DNA of 64,000 bases from an uncultured Elusimicrobiales bacterium (GCA_910576915.1 CAJTJT010000001.1:148634-212633), one strand, 5' to 3'; positions 17,858 to 27,224 are shown, numbered from the stretch's first letter. The notes: a model not told the origin generated them from the letters alone. Made by a program: numbers and translations.

Positions 17858-18166
17858 TTACCGGAACGGAACGTAATTTGCGTGGTACTCTAATCCGCGC
17901 GGACCCGCTTCGCCAAAGCGTTGGTTTTCATTATCGGCGGCCCAAACGGTTTTTGCTGTCATGGGTTGGTACTCCGGGCGGAACGAATGTATCGTTGTCC
18001 ATACGGCGGCCAGCAAAAAGCAGGCGGCGGCGACGGCCCAGCGGGGGGAAATGCGTCTTGTCCCGGTATGCTGGGCGGCGCAGGAGAGTTTATTCCATAC
18101 CCGTTCCTGGGCGCCGGGCAGCGGCGTAAAACCCGTTTGGAGTTGTTTCTCAGCAGGGTGCGTCAT
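17858..18166 (-). CDS. Putative anti-sigma factor (single TM)
   Basis: Overlaps the stop of the upstream ECF sigma gene. Has a central hydrophobic helix AVAAACFLLAAVW. Confidence 0.5.
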   Translation of the reverse strand: MTHPAEKQLQTGFTPLPGAQERVWNKLSCAAQHTGTRRISPRWAVAAACFLLAAVWTTIHSFRPEYQPMTAKTVWAADNENQRFGEAGPRGLEYHANYVPFR

Positions 18167-18659
18167 CGTTCATCTCCAGTAATTTTTTTAATTTTTGAAC
18201 GGCCCTGTGCAGGATAACGCCTGCATGGCTTTGTGTAAGGCCTGTAACGGCTGCAATTTCACGCTGTTTTAATCCCTGGTAATAATGCAGGTTGACCAGC
18301 TCTTTTTCTTTGTCTGATAATTGCGAAAGCGCCTGGTGCAGCCGTCTTTCATCTTCGGACTTTTCCAGTAAATCTTCGCTTGCGTCCCGGGAAGAGAGCG
18401 TTTCCTCCTGTTCCTGAGTGAAAGAAAAGAACTGCCGGATTTTTTTACGTCTGAAATAATCTGTCGTCGCGCTGCCGGCCAGGATAAACGTCCAGGCTTC
18501 CAGCGGGGCTTTTTGCGGGTCAAAGCTGTCAAAACGCGTATATAATTTTTCAAAGATATATGCCGTTAAATCCTCGGCTTCCTGCGGGCCGGAGGCACGG
18601 TAGCGGGCATAGTTGTATATGCGCGTAAAGAAAGTTTGGTAATACTCCGCAAAATTCAT
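18150..18659 (-). CDS. ECF-type RNA polymerase sigma-70 factor
   Basis: Region 2 (FTRIYNYARYR...AEDLTAYIFEKLY) and region 4 HTH (LKQREIAAVTGLTQSHAGVILHRAVQKL). Confidence 0.85.
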   Translation of the reverse strand: MNFAEYYQTFFTRIYNYARYRASGPQEAEDLTAYIFEKLYTRFDSFDPQKAPLEAWTFILAGSATTDYFRRKKIRQFFSFTQEQEETLSSRDASEDLLEKSEDERRLHQALSQLSDKEKELVNLHYYQGLKQREIAAVTGLTQSHAGVILHRAVQKLKKLLEMNDDAPC

Positions 18660-18767
18660 ACAGGGTCCCTTTTAGGTCCGTCATCAGTTAATACGCAGGA
18701 ATTTTTAAAATATTACAAAATTATAAAAAATCCCCGGTCCAACGGGCCGGGGATAGATCAAAAACAC

Positions 18768-19166
18768 TTATTTTACGTTGACCGTTACTTTTACGTCCGG
18801 GTGGAGCGTTTGGTGTACGGGGCAGGCGTTGACGGCGGAAAGGTACAGCTTTTTCTGCGCGTCGGTAAAATGCGCGGGGAACGTAACGTCCAATACAAAC
18901 TCGGCCACGCGGCGCGGTTTGTCGGCCATGATTTTATCGATGGAAATTTGGGTTCCTTCGAAGTTTTCTTTGCGTACGGCGGCCATTTTGCCCATAATCG
19001 TCAGCACGCACGAGGCGAAGGCCGAGGCCAGTAAATCGGTGGGGGAAAAACGGCGCCCTTTGCCGCCGTTGTCGGGCGGAAGGTCGGTTTCCAGGACGGA
19101 GCCGGTCGGGCCGTGGACGAGTTTCGTTTCGCCGTCGCCCGTATAAGTGCAGGAAATGGTGGTCAT
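18768..19166 (-). CDS. OsmC/Ohr-family peroxiredoxin-like protein
   Basis: OsmC-like pattern PTDLLASAFASCVLT...NACPVHQTL. The start was set at MTTISC with a GGAGA RBS. Confidence 0.75.
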   Translation of the reverse strand: MTTISCTYTGDGETKLVHGPTGSVLETDLPPDNGGKGRRFSPTDLLASAFASCVLTIMGKMAAVRKENFEGTQISIDKIMADKPRRVAEFVLDVTFPAHFTDAQKKLYLSAVNACPVHQTLHPDVKVTVNVK

Positions 19167-19257
19167 ATAAAATTCTCCTTGTTCAAATTTATTCATATTA
19201 TACTTTTTCCGGCGGGGCAAAACAAAACGCCCGGCTGTCGGAGCCGGGCGTTGAAAG

Positions 19258-20226
19258 TCAGCTGATGTCCGCCAGCCGCGTGAACAGTTCTTTTTGTTCT
19301 CTGGTCAGCGTGCGCGGGACGTCCACCGTCAGCGTAACGTACAAACTGCCTTTTGCGCTGAGGCCTTTGCCGCTTAATTTGAGTTTTTTGCCGTTGTGCG
19401 TTCCGGCGGGTACTTTTACTTTGACGGGGCCGTCGAGTGTGGGCACGAAAATCGTGCCGCCCAGGGCCGCCGTCCACGGCATAATAGTCACGGGGACGTG
19501 TAAATCTTCCCCTTCCAAACGGAACATGGCGTGCGGGCGGATTTTTACGATTAAATACAAATCGCCGTTGCCGCGCCGGGTGGGATTGCCCATGCCTTTT
19601 AATTTGATTTTTTTGCCTTCGCCCACGCCCGCCGGGAATTTAACCGTTACGGTGCGTCCGCTGGGCAGCGTCAGCTGCATGTTGCCGCCGCGGTGGGCGT
19701 CTTCCAGGTTAAGGGCGAGTTCGGCTTCCACGTCGCCCGCCGCCTGGCCCGAAGCCGCGCTGCGGCCGAAGTTCTGCCCGAATCCGGCAAAACCGCCTCC
19801 GCCCATGCCGCCGAAAATGCTTTGGAAAAAATCGCTGAAATCCGCGCCGCCTCCGCCGGAGGAAAACCCCTGCGCTCCGCCAAAGCCGCCGAAATCCTGC
19901 CCGCCGCCGTAGGAGTATTGCTGATATTGCTGGTACGGGTTGGCTCCGCCGGCGCGCGTGCGGGACGAAGCGCCCCCGCCGCGGGCGTAATCCTGGTAGC
20001 CTTGCTGGCCGACTTGGTCGTAGATGGTGCGTTTTTGTTTATCGGACAGGACGGTGTAAGCCTCGTTGATGTCCTTAAATTTTTCGGTCATTTTGGCTTT
20101 TTCCGAATCCGGGTGCATGTCCGGGTGGTACTTGCGCGCCATGCTTTTGAACGCTTTTTTGATTTCCGCGTCCGAGGCGTTTTTGCTTACGCCTAAAATT
20201 TTATAATAGTCTTTATAATCAGCCAT
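19258..20226 (-). CDS. cbpA: DnaJ-class co-chaperone lacking the zinc finger (CbpA-like)
   Basis: J domain [31 protein letters not shown], a G/F-rich linker, and a DnaJ C-terminal domain with no CxxCxGxG repeats. Confidence 0.8.
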   Translation of the reverse strand: MADYKDYYKILGVSKNASDAEIKKAFKSMARKYHPDMHPDSEKAKMTEKFKDINEAYTVLSDKQKRTIYDQVGQQGYQDYARGGGASSRTRAGGANPYQQYQQYSYGGGQDFGGFGGAQGFSSGGGGADFSDFFQSIFGGMGGGGFAGFGQNFGRSAASGQAAGDVEAELALNLEDAHRGGNMQLTLPSGRTVTVKFPAGVGEGKKIKLKGMGNPTRRGNGDLYLIVKIRPHAMFRLEGEDLHVPVTIMPWTAALGGTIFVPTLDGPVKVKVPAGTHNGKKLKLSGKGLSAKGSLYVTLTVDVPRTLTREQKELFTRLADIS

Positions 20227-20277
20227 AGAATCCCCCTTTACAGTTATCATTTTATATAATTTCCCATAGGATGCAAC

Positions 20278-21519
20278 ATGCTAAAAATAACTAAAAAATC
20301 CAATCAAACGCCCCTGCGGCTGATTTTGGCGACGGAGGCTTTGTCCTCTTTAACCAACCAGTTTATGCAGCTTTTGCTGCCGTGGTATGTGTTATCCGCC
20401 ACCGGCAGTGTGCTGTGGACGGGCTTTGTGGGGTTTTGTGCGCTTTTGCCCAATATCTTTTCGGCCGTGTTCGGCGCGCGGTTTATCGAAAAAATCGGCC
20501 GCTCCAAAGCCATGCTTTCGTGCGAAGTAATCCAGCTCATGCTGCTTGCTTCCGTGCCGGTGCTGATTCTGTGGGGGAAAGATTATCCGTGGTTGGTGGG
20601 CGCGATTATTTTCGCCAGTTCCGTGTTTGACGCGCCCGGCGAACTGGCGCGGACCGCGCTGTCGCCCACGTTTTCGCGCTATGCGGGCGTGCCGCTTTCC
20701 AAAACTACGGGGCTGGTGGAGGCGTTCGACGGGATTATGTCCGTCGCCGGCCCGGTGCTGTGCGGGCTGATTATTGCGTGCTGCGGATTGTTTTCCGCCT
20801 GGATTTGGTGCGTTTCGTTTTGCGTGGTGATTGTGGTGCTTTGCATGATTGTGTTTTCGCACCGTAAGCCCCGCCAGTTGCGCGCGGTGCCGTCGTACGG
20901 GGAAGTGTGGCGGGCCGTCCGCGCCGACCGTATGCTGTGGCTGCCTGTTCTGTTTACCGTGCCGACGTTTATTTTGGGGCAGTCTTGGGAGCTTATTTTA
21001 TTGCCGACGTATATTTATGAGCATGGGTTTTCGTCGATGTATTTAGGTTTTTTGGGCGCGGCGTTTGGGCTGGGAGCGTTTGCCGGGGCGTTAATGTTTG
21101 CGGCGCGCGCTGATAAATTTACGTTTTTTAAACTGCTGACCTTTAACTATTTGGGATATTTTTTATCCGTTGCCGTGCTTTATTTTTGCCTTCCCGTGTG
21201 GACGGTTTTGGGAGCGACGGCGTTATGCGGCCTGCCGTTTGGGGCTTTCGGCGCGATGATGACAAGCGTGATTTTGCTGCGCACCCCGGTGGAGCGGCGC
21301 AGTAAAACACTGGGGTTATACGCCGCGCTTACGTATGCGGTGGAAAGCGTGTGTGTGCTAGGGTTGGCTGCGTGGATTTACAAGGGCGGTTTGGAGCAAA
21401 TGTTGGAAGGGCTATTGTTTTTATTTGCTATACTAGTTATGATAAGTGTTTTTGTGCGGCGCAAAGAAGATTTTTGGGAAGTTTTGTCGTCGGAGCAAAA
21501 GAAAATATTTACAAAATAA
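20278..21519 (+). CDS. MFS transporter
   Basis: About 12 hydrophobic segments and typical MFS size. No specific family was recognised. Confidence 0.6.
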   Translation: MLKITKKSNQTPLRLILATEALSSLTNQFMQLLLPWYVLSATGSVLWTGFVGFCALLPNIFSAVFGARFIEKIGRSKAMLSCEVIQLMLLASVPVLILWGKDYPWLVGAIIFASSVFDAPGELARTALSPTFSRYAGVPLSKTTGLVEAFDGIMSVAGPVLCGLIIACCGLFSAWIWCVSFCVVIVVLCMIVFSHRKPRQLRAVPSYGEVWRAVRADRMLWLPVLFTVPTFILGQSWELILLPTYIYEHGFSSMYLGFLGAAFGLGAFAGALMFAARADKFTFFKLLTFNYLGYFLSVAVLYFCLPVWTVLGATALCGLPFGAFGAMMTSVILLRTPVERRSKTLGLYAALTYAVESVCVLGLAAWIYKGGLEQMLEGLLFLFAILVMISVFVRRKEDFWEVLSSEQKKIFTK

Positions 21520-21566
21520 AAATTATTTCATAAAATAAATAGGTAGCAAGAATAAAACAGATTTAT

Positions 21567-21641
21567 TCGCCCTTAGCTCAATGGTGGAGCGACCGGCTGT
21601 TAACCGGTAGGTTGAAGGTTCGAGTCCTTCAGGGCGAGCCA
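21567..21641 (+). tRNA. tRNA-Asn (GTT), CCA encoded
   Basis: Cloverleaf read by hand: acceptor TCGCCCT/AGGGCGA, D arm GCTC-AATGGTG-GAGC, anticodon arm ACCGG-CTGTTAA-CCGGT, T arm GAAGG-TTCGAGT-CCTTC. Confidence 0.9.
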
Positions 21642-21649
21642 TTTAAAAA

Positions 21650-21673
21650 GCACCCAAACGGGTGCTTTTTTTA
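21650..21673 (+). terminator. Terminator after tRNA-Asn
   Basis: GCACCC/GGGTGC stem plus a T7 run. Confidence 0.75.
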
Positions 21674-21791
21674 TGGATACTTTGCAGAACGTCCCGGGCG
21701 TAGCCTCGGGCTATTTTATGCCCCCGGGGCCTAGTGGCGCATAGGTCTTTGGGCTCTGGCGCGGCGGGCTAAAATCTGCCACAATAACTAT

Positions 21792-22832
21792 ATGCGTGTT
21801 TTCCAATTTTTATTTTTACTCTTGTTTTTTCATCTTGCGTGCGGGGCCTCCTATGCTCAGGGCGGCTTGGTGCGCGGGGCAAAAAATATTATGTCGATTC
21901 AGGCCATTCAGCTCGCGCGGCAGTCTTTTGTGCAGGGGCAGCTGTTAAACCAAGTGTCCCGCGGGTTGGTGCAAATTTCCCGCCCCGGCGCGTCGGAGGT
22001 GCTGGGAACGGGGTTTATTTTCAGTTCCCGTCAGCGTTTGTGGGTGGCGATGCCATACCATATCGGCGGAGTGACCGGCTCGCGGCGTGTAATCCGTTTT
22101 ACGGGGGAAAATCATCAGCTGGTAGAGCGCGAAATCAGCATCGTTGCAAACGGCAACGCCGGGTGGCACGCACCGGATGTTTCGCTGGCGGAGTTCCCGC
22201 CGCAGGACGCTCCGCTGGTGCAGCCGCTGTCTATCGGTACGCCGCTGTTAAATCAAACGGCGTATTCGTTCGGATATGTTTCCGGGCGTACTTCCGGGGT
22301 GGAGGGAATTTTGCCGATGGAGCGTTATCTCTTTAATGCGGAAGGCTTTGGGCTGATGGCGGACCGCCGTATCCCGGGGGAAGATGCTGCAAATCCGTTT
22401 AATATCAGCGGTTACTGCGGGGCTCCCGTCGTCCAGTGGGTAGACGGAAAATGGCGCGCCGTGGGGCTGCATACCGGCAGTTGTGTAACGGAAAAGGGTC
22501 ATACGCGGAGTTTTGCCGTCAATTTGCCCCGGGTGCTGCCGCTTTTACTCAACCGTTATTTAAAAAATGGTTCCGGGTTTTCGCGTGATTTATCGTTCAG
22601 AGGCTGGCTGATTGGAAAGCTGCTTCCTTCTGAAAAAGTGCATGCCGTAGAAGTGTTGCGCGGCGGGGAAAGAATTTTTATCCAACTTTTGCGTAATTAT
22701 CCCAATCCGTATTCCGATGAACATTCCGAGTTGGCATTGGGGAATTTTGAACTGCTGTCCGGGGATGAAATCCGTTTTGAAATCCGCAATAACCAACGGG
22801 AAGTGCGTTTTTTATCCCACAAACTGCCGTAA
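21792..22832 (+). CDS. Secreted trypsin-fold peptidase-like protein with Cys in the nucleophile position
   Basis: Signal peptide. GTGFIF...MPYHIGG (His region) and ISGYCGAPVV where trypsin-like enzymes carry GxSGGP. Confidence 0.5.
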   Translation: MRVFQFLFLLLFFHLACGASYAQGGLVRGAKNIMSIQAIQLARQSFVQGQLLNQVSRGLVQISRPGASEVLGTGFIFSSRQRLWVAMPYHIGGVTGSRRVIRFTGENHQLVEREISIVANGNAGWHAPDVSLAEFPPQDAPLVQPLSIGTPLLNQTAYSFGYVSGRTSGVEGILPMERYLFNAEGFGLMADRRIPGEDAANPFNISGYCGAPVVQWVDGKWRAVGLHTGSCVTEKGHTRSFAVNLPRVLPLLLNRYLKNGSGFSRDLSFRGWLIGKLLPSEKVHAVEVLRGGERIFIQLLRNYPNPYSDEHSELALGNFELLSGDEIRFEIRNNQREVRFLSHKLP

Positions 22833-22910
22833 CCGTCTAATATAAAAAAATCGTTGCCGTGGAACAAGAAGACCCTTATTCTAACAGTACCGAAGAGGGG
22901 GAATATAACT

Positions 22911-23297
22911 ATGGCAATAATTAAAACAACGTTAGGAAAAAATTTAGATACCGTGGGCGTGTTGGTGGATTCCGCCGCGCGCGTGAAAACCGCGTATGTG
23001 GACCCGCGTAACGACATGAACCCGGGCGAACTATTATGCGCCGCGCTGGGCGCGTGCATGATGACGAAGCTGGGATTTGTGGCTTCCAAACGCGGGGAAG
23101 ACGTAAGCGGAACGGAAGTGACGGTGGAGCCGTCGTTCGACGAGAAACACACCCGCGTAACGGGGATTAAAATTGAGTTTAAGTTCCCGGAATCGTTTAA
23201 AAACGAGCATAAGGCTTTTTATGCGCAGGCGGCGCAGGATTGCCCGGTGCATAATAGCCTGCGGGAAGACATCGCCTTTAATGTGAGTGTTAAATAA
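22911..23297 (+). CDS. OsmC-family protein
   Basis: NPGELLCAALGACMMT...DCPVHNSL. The start was set at MAIIKT with a GAGGGGG RBS. Confidence 0.75.
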   Translation: MAIIKTTLGKNLDTVGVLVDSAARVKTAYVDPRNDMNPGELLCAALGACMMTKLGFVASKRGEDVSGTEVTVEPSFDEKHTRVTGIKIEFKFPESFKNEHKAFYAQAAQDCPVHNSLREDIAFNVSVK

Positions 23298-23379
23298 CGG
23301 CTGATGTTAACTTGCGTTTTACGCATAAGGAACGGAAAGGATTTTTCCGTTCCTTATGTCTTTTAAGGGGCAACAATTT
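23296..23379 (+). repeat. 84-nt direct repeat, copy 1 (contains a 15-bp hairpin CATAAGGAACGGAAA/TTTCCGTTCCTTATG + TCTTTT)
   Basis: 83/84 identical to 23526-23609. The hairpin probably also terminates the OsmC gene. Confidence 0.85.
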
Positions 23380-23525
23380 TCCACATTTGGCTAACTTTGC
23401 GCCGATTTTGGCCTTATGTAATTACCACTACGCTGCGGCCAAACTTATGGCGCAAATTTCGCGCAAATCTGAAAAATCAGCCAATGTAGCGCAATGTCAT
23501 TTTGCCTTACACGGCGTTGAATTAT

Positions 23526-23609
23526 AACGGCTGGTGTTAACTTGCGTTTTACGCATAAGGAACGGAAAGGATTTTTCCGTTCCTTATGTCTTTTAAGGGG
23601 CAACAATTT
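23526..23609 (+). repeat. 84-nt direct repeat, copy 2
   Basis: Same sequence as copy 1, 230 nt downstream. Confidence 0.85.
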
Positions 23610-23621
23610 GCCAAATTCTAA

Positions 23622-23888
23622 GCCGTGCCAACCCCTTATAATGCTCCGTGCGTTTGTGCTTGCCAGCCGCACAGACAAGGCGTAAAAACGTAGGCGGTGT
23701 AATCACCGTCAAGTTTTTATAACACAGGTCTGAGTGGCTGGCAAGCCAAACCCAGCGTGCCGCTGTGCCCTTGGGCTAATGTTTTATTTTTTTGCTTGTG
23801 CTTGCCATAGCAAACCCTGCGCAAAAGAAATAAAACCTCGCCTGCAAGGTCAAAGCGGCGCACGGGCAAGATAAGGGGTTGACACGGC
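23622..23888. repeat. 267-bp nested-palindrome element bounded by 18-bp inverted repeats (MITE-like or structured RNA)
   Basis: Complementary arms: 23622-23639 / 23871-23888 (17/18), 23646-23652 / 23859-23865, 23656-23676 / 23728-23746, 23781-23795 / 23821-23836. Confidence 0.6.
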
Positions 23889-23994
23889 TACTTGTGCGTG
23901 CCTTGGGCTTGACGTGCCATGCAGGCACGCTGTGCGGCGGCGCACCGCGTCCCGGCATGACGGCTTTTGTTTCTCCTGTCGCGCCCATATATAC

Positions 23995-24024
23995 AAAAAA
24001 ACGGCCCCGCGGGAGCAGGGCCGT
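23995..24024 (-). terminator. Terminator of the NfeD-SPFH operon
   Basis: ACGGCCC/GGGCCGT stem followed by T7 on the minus strand. Confidence 0.7.
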
Positions 24025-24042
24025 TGTGTGACAGTTTAAATG

Positions 24043-25065
24043 TTATTTGCCGGTGACGGCCGCGGCTCCGCCCGTCAAATCCTTAATGGCGGCGACGGCG
24101 CCCAACACGTTGCTGGCTTCGTAAGGCATATAGATAACTTTGTTATCTTTGCCTTCCGTCATTTTTGTCAGCGCTTCAATGTATTTGAGCGAAATCATGT
24201 AGCTGGCCGGGTTAGAGGACTGCGCCACCGTTCCCGCCACGATTTTGACGGATTCCGCTTCCGCGTTGGCTACTTTGATTTTGGCTTCCGCCACACCTTC
24301 CGCCTGCAAAATGGCGGCCTGTTTCATACCTTCGGCTTTTTTGATTTCGGATTCGCGCACGGCTTCCGCTTTCAAAATTTGGGCCGTTTTGGTACCTTCG
24401 GCTTCCGTCACCATGGCGCGGCGGTCGCGCTCGGCTTTCATCTGTTTTTCCATGGCTTCGCGGATAGCGGCGGGGGGAATGATGTCCTGCAGTTCCACGC
24501 GGTTTACTTTTACGCCCCATTTATTGGAGGCGTCATCCAAAATCACCTGCAGTTTGCCGTTGATGATTTCGCGCGAGGTAAGCGTCTGGTCCAGGTCCAT
24601 TTCGCCGATGATGTTTCTGAGCGTGGTCTGCGTCAGTTTTTCAATGGCGGTCGGCAGCGATTCCACCTGATAGGCCGCTTTTAACGGGTCCGTAATCTGG
24701 AAGTACAAAAGCGCGTTGATTTCGATGCCTACGTTATCTTTGGTGATTACACTCTGGCGCGGGAAATCGTACACCGTTTCGCGCATGTCGATGGTGTCGC
24801 GCATTTCCATATACGGTACGGAACGCGTGCGGCCGGTGCCGTCCATGTATTCGCGGCTGTTGCGCCATTCCATCAAGTGCGGTTTATCCATCAGCGGGAT
24901 AATCCAGTTAATGCCCGGTTGTAATACTTCCAGGTATTTGCCGAAGCGTTCAATAATCATCACCTGCGCCTGTTTTACGACGATAATACCCTTGGCGATA
25001 ATGACGATGACGAAAAACACGAACGCGGCCAAAAAAACAAGTCCCATTTCTCCTAATCCTTCCAT
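24043..25065 (-). CDS. SPFH/band-7 (stomatin-like) protein
   Basis: N-terminal TM, an SPFH core (VVKQAQVMIIERFGKY...TKDNV...), and a coiled-coil A/E/K-rich C-terminus. Confidence 0.85.
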   Translation of the reverse strand: MEGLGEMGLVFLAAFVFFVIVIIAKGIIVVKQAQVMIIERFGKYLEVLQPGINWIIPLMDKPHLMEWRNSREYMDGTGRTRSVPYMEMRDTIDMRETVYDFPRQSVITKDNVGIEINALLYFQITDPLKAAYQVESLPTAIEKLTQTTLRNIIGEMDLDQTLTSREIINGKLQVILDDASNKWGVKVNRVELQDIIPPAAIREAMEKQMKAERDRRAMVTEAEGTKTAQILKAEAVRESEIKKAEGMKQAAILQAEGVAEAKIKVANAEAESVKIVAGTVAQSSNPASYMISLKYIEALTKMTEGKDNKVIYMPYEASNVLGAVAAIKDLTGGAAAVTGK

Positions 25066-25109
25066 GTTGTTCCTCCGTTATAAATTGCGCCCGGGGGCGC
25101 GTTTGCAAA

Positions 25110-25538
25110 TCAGTTTTTGGGGTGGACGGTTAATGTTACGCCGTCTAATTTTTCCACTACGCACACGGTGCCCGCGGAGAGCGGTTCTTTGGCGGTGGCT
25201 TTCCAGCTTTCGCCGTTTACTTTTACGCGGCCCGTGTCCTGCACCGGGTCAATGGCGGTTTCCACCACGCATTCCTGCCCGACGACGGCTTCCGCCGGCG
25301 TTTTGATATGTTTGGATTTGCCGTACAAATGTTTCAGCGCAAACGGACGGATTCCCGCCCAGCAGACGGCGGCCACCAACGCAAATGCGCCCACCTGCGG
25401 CCAAACTCCGAGGCCGAACCAGGCCGTACCCGCCGCACCCAGTGCGCCGATTCCCAGGCACGCCAGCGAAAATTCCATGGAAAACATCTCGCCGATAAAA
25501 CATCCCACGGCGATGATTAAATACATGTAATAGTTCAT
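25110..25538 (-). CDS. NfeD-family membrane protein
   Basis: Hydrophobic N-terminal half plus a C-terminal OB-like tail (GRVKVNGESWKA...). Classic partner directly upstream of an SPFH gene. Confidence 0.75.
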   Translation of the reverse strand: MNYYMYLIIAVGCFIGEMFSMEFSLACLGIGALGAAGTAWFGLGVWPQVGAFALVAAVCWAGIRPFALKHLYGKSKHIKTPAEAVVGQECVVETAIDPVQDTGRVKVNGESWKATAKEPLSAGTVCVVEKLDGVTLTVHPKN

Positions 25539-25550
25539 GCGTCCTCCAAA

Positions 25551-26396
25551 TTAATTTTTGATAATTTCCAGATATTCCCGCAGATATTTTAAGCGCCGTT
25601 CGTCGCGCAGTTTGTTAAGCACGTAAATCATGTTGGCGATAAAACGCCGTACGATTAAGCGGGAGGAAAGGGGGGATAAAAATTCGTCGGTCCATTCAAT
25701 CTGGCGCGCGCGGATGTAGCCGCGGCAGTCCTCTTCCGACAGGAGTTTGCCGTTATCCAACGGGTCGATAAACAGTGATTCCCGGCGGTGTAGCCCGCGC
25801 AAATGCACTAAAACCCGGCCCGCCAAATCCACCAGGTTTACGTCCAGCCCGTAGCGTTGGCCGACGGTTACGTACAGGCAGGCGGCGCAGAGGCTGGAGC
25901 CGCGTTTTTTACGCAGAAAGCGGGCAAAAGAGATGTCTTTCACGTCCAGGTTGGACGGCAAGGTTTGAAATCCGCATACTCGGAAAAAATAGTGGCTTAA
26001 AATGCCCGCGATTTCCGCATGGTTTTTGGCGTTTAAAAGCGCCGGGCGGAGTTCGCGCGCCATCGCATCCAGCGGGGCGGCCACGTCTTTGCGGCCGGCG
26101 GCGGGAGCGGTAAACTTGGAAAGAAGGGTAAGGCCTTCTTCTAAATCCGGGTTGATTTTGGCGGCAAAACGCGCCAGCGCGGCGGCCAAATCTTCCCAGC
26201 AGATTTCTTCCAGGGTGTGGACGACGGGCAGCGGCGCGGAGGTTTTAAATTCTTCCAAAAGCGCACTTTGCACGCGCACCGGATCCGCCTTAATGGCGGC
26301 GGCCAGTTCGCGCTTGAGCACCGGGCCGTAAGCGTCCGACTCGGTCTGCAACAGTTTGATAAGCGCTTTTACGCGGTCGTTTCCCTGGGTTACCAT
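25551..26396 (-). CDS. SirB1/YchA-like transglutaminase-family protein
   Basis: FLRKKRGSSLCAACLYVTVGQRYGLDVNLVDLAGRVLVHL...FIDPLDNGKLLSEEDC resembles the SirB1 N-terminal domain. The start was trimmed to MVTQGN. Confidence 0.5.
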   Translation of the reverse strand: MVTQGNDRVKALIKLLQTESDAYGPVLKRELAAAIKADPVRVQSALLEEFKTSAPLPVVHTLEEICWEDLAAALARFAAKINPDLEEGLTLLSKFTAPAAGRKDVAAPLDAMARELRPALLNAKNHAEIAGILSHYFFRVCGFQTLPSNLDVKDISFARFLRKKRGSSLCAACLYVTVGQRYGLDVNLVDLAGRVLVHLRGLHRRESLFIDPLDNGKLLSEEDCRGYIRARQIEWTDEFLSPLSSRLIVRRFIANMIYVLNKLRDERRLKYLREYLEIIKN

Positions 26397-26611
26397 ATAG
26401 AAAGGGTAGCATATTAACGGGGCAAACGCCACTGTTTTTTGACGGAGGGAAATACAAACTGTTACCCGGCTGTTTTGGTGGCTTTTTATTCGTGGCGGCC
26501 AGATTTCGGCGGGGGCAGAAGGTCGCCCATTGGACGGGTTATTTGGTTTCGGCATGACGTTAACAGTGTGTTTTTTCTAATCAGAGGAACGGGGAACCCC
26601 GCCTCTGGGCC

Positions 26612-26639
26612 TTGACCCGTTTTTTTTTTTTGATAAATT
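26612..26639 (+). promoter_or_regulatory. Poly-T-spacer promoter (TTGACC-CG-T12-GA-TAAATT)
   Basis: Same architecture as 1754. The -10 ends 6 nt before ATG26646, so the mRNA is possibly leaderless. Confidence 0.65.
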
Positions 26640-26645
26640 TTACGT

Positions 26646-27164
26646 ATGAAAAAAATATCAAAAAAATGTACGGTAAAAAAGGCCGGATTTACGCTTATAG
26701 AGCTATTGGTGGTTGTTTTAATCATCGGAATACTGGCGGCGGTGGCACTGCCGCAGTACGAAGCTGCGGTGCTGAAAGCGCGGGTTCAACAGCAATTGCT
26801 AATTTTACATACTGTAGCACGCGGACAGGAAATGTTTTATTTGGCTAACGGGCGTTATTCTACCTCTTTTGAAGAATTGGATATAGAGCTTCCCGTACCT
26901 GAGCGAAAACAAATCATTGACTTAAATCCTCATTATTTTTATAAAAACTTTTATTGTTCTTTGGATGTTTTCCACAGCGGTGGGGTGCAATCCACGTCCG
27001 CGTCCTGCGCGTTGCCCGGTTGGGATACTATGTTTTTGAGTTATGCCGGGGTGAACGGAGGGAAAAATCTGTTATCTTGTTCTATGCGCCAGCCGTTGTT
27101 GGTTCGTACCTTGAAGAGTTTGGGTTTTACCGAGCGTGCAGGCAGGCTGATCATGGAGTTTTAG
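26646..27164 (+). CDS. Type IV pilin-like protein
   Basis: MKKISKKCTVKKAGFTLIELLVVVLIIGILAAVALPQYEA. Confidence 0.85.
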   Translation: MKKISKKCTVKKAGFTLIELLVVVLIIGILAAVALPQYEAAVLKARVQQQLLILHTVARGQEMFYLANGRYSTSFEELDIELPVPERKQIIDLNPHYFYKNFYCSLDVFHSGGVQSTSASCALPGWDTMFLSYAGVNGGKNLLSCSMRQPLLVRTLKSLGFTERAGRLIMEF

Positions 27165-27175
27165 CGAGAAAGCGT

Positions 27176-27211
27176 TAAAAAACCGGAGCCGTTTTCGGCC
27201 CCGGTTTTTTT
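27176..27211. terminator. Bidirectional terminator
   Basis: ACCGGAGCCG/CGGCCCCGGT stem flanked by A5 and T7 runs, between convergent genes. Confidence 0.7.
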
Positions 27212-27224
27212 ATGGTGAAAAGGA

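Noticed and set aside
19265-20196. 215-aa and 167-aa plus-strand ORFs
   Set aside because: They are antisense to, or overlap, the cbpA-like DnaJ gene. They are Pro/Ser-rich shadow frames of the G/F linker.
21642-21791. Genomic island integrated at tRNA-Asn
   Set aside because: No direct repeat of the tRNA 3' end and no integrase were found downstream. Only the adjacency of an unusual protease gene is noted.
23622-23888. CRISPR array, retron msr/msd or integron attC
   Set aside because: There is no regular repeat-spacer periodicity and no cas genes, which rules out a CRISPR array. No reverse transcriptase lies on either side, which rules out a retron. The terminal motifs do not match the attC RYYYAAC/GTTRRRY cores and no integrase is present.
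24040-24684. 214-aa plus-strand ORF
   Set aside because: It is antisense to the SPFH/band-7 gene, with repetitive FGF/RH composition.
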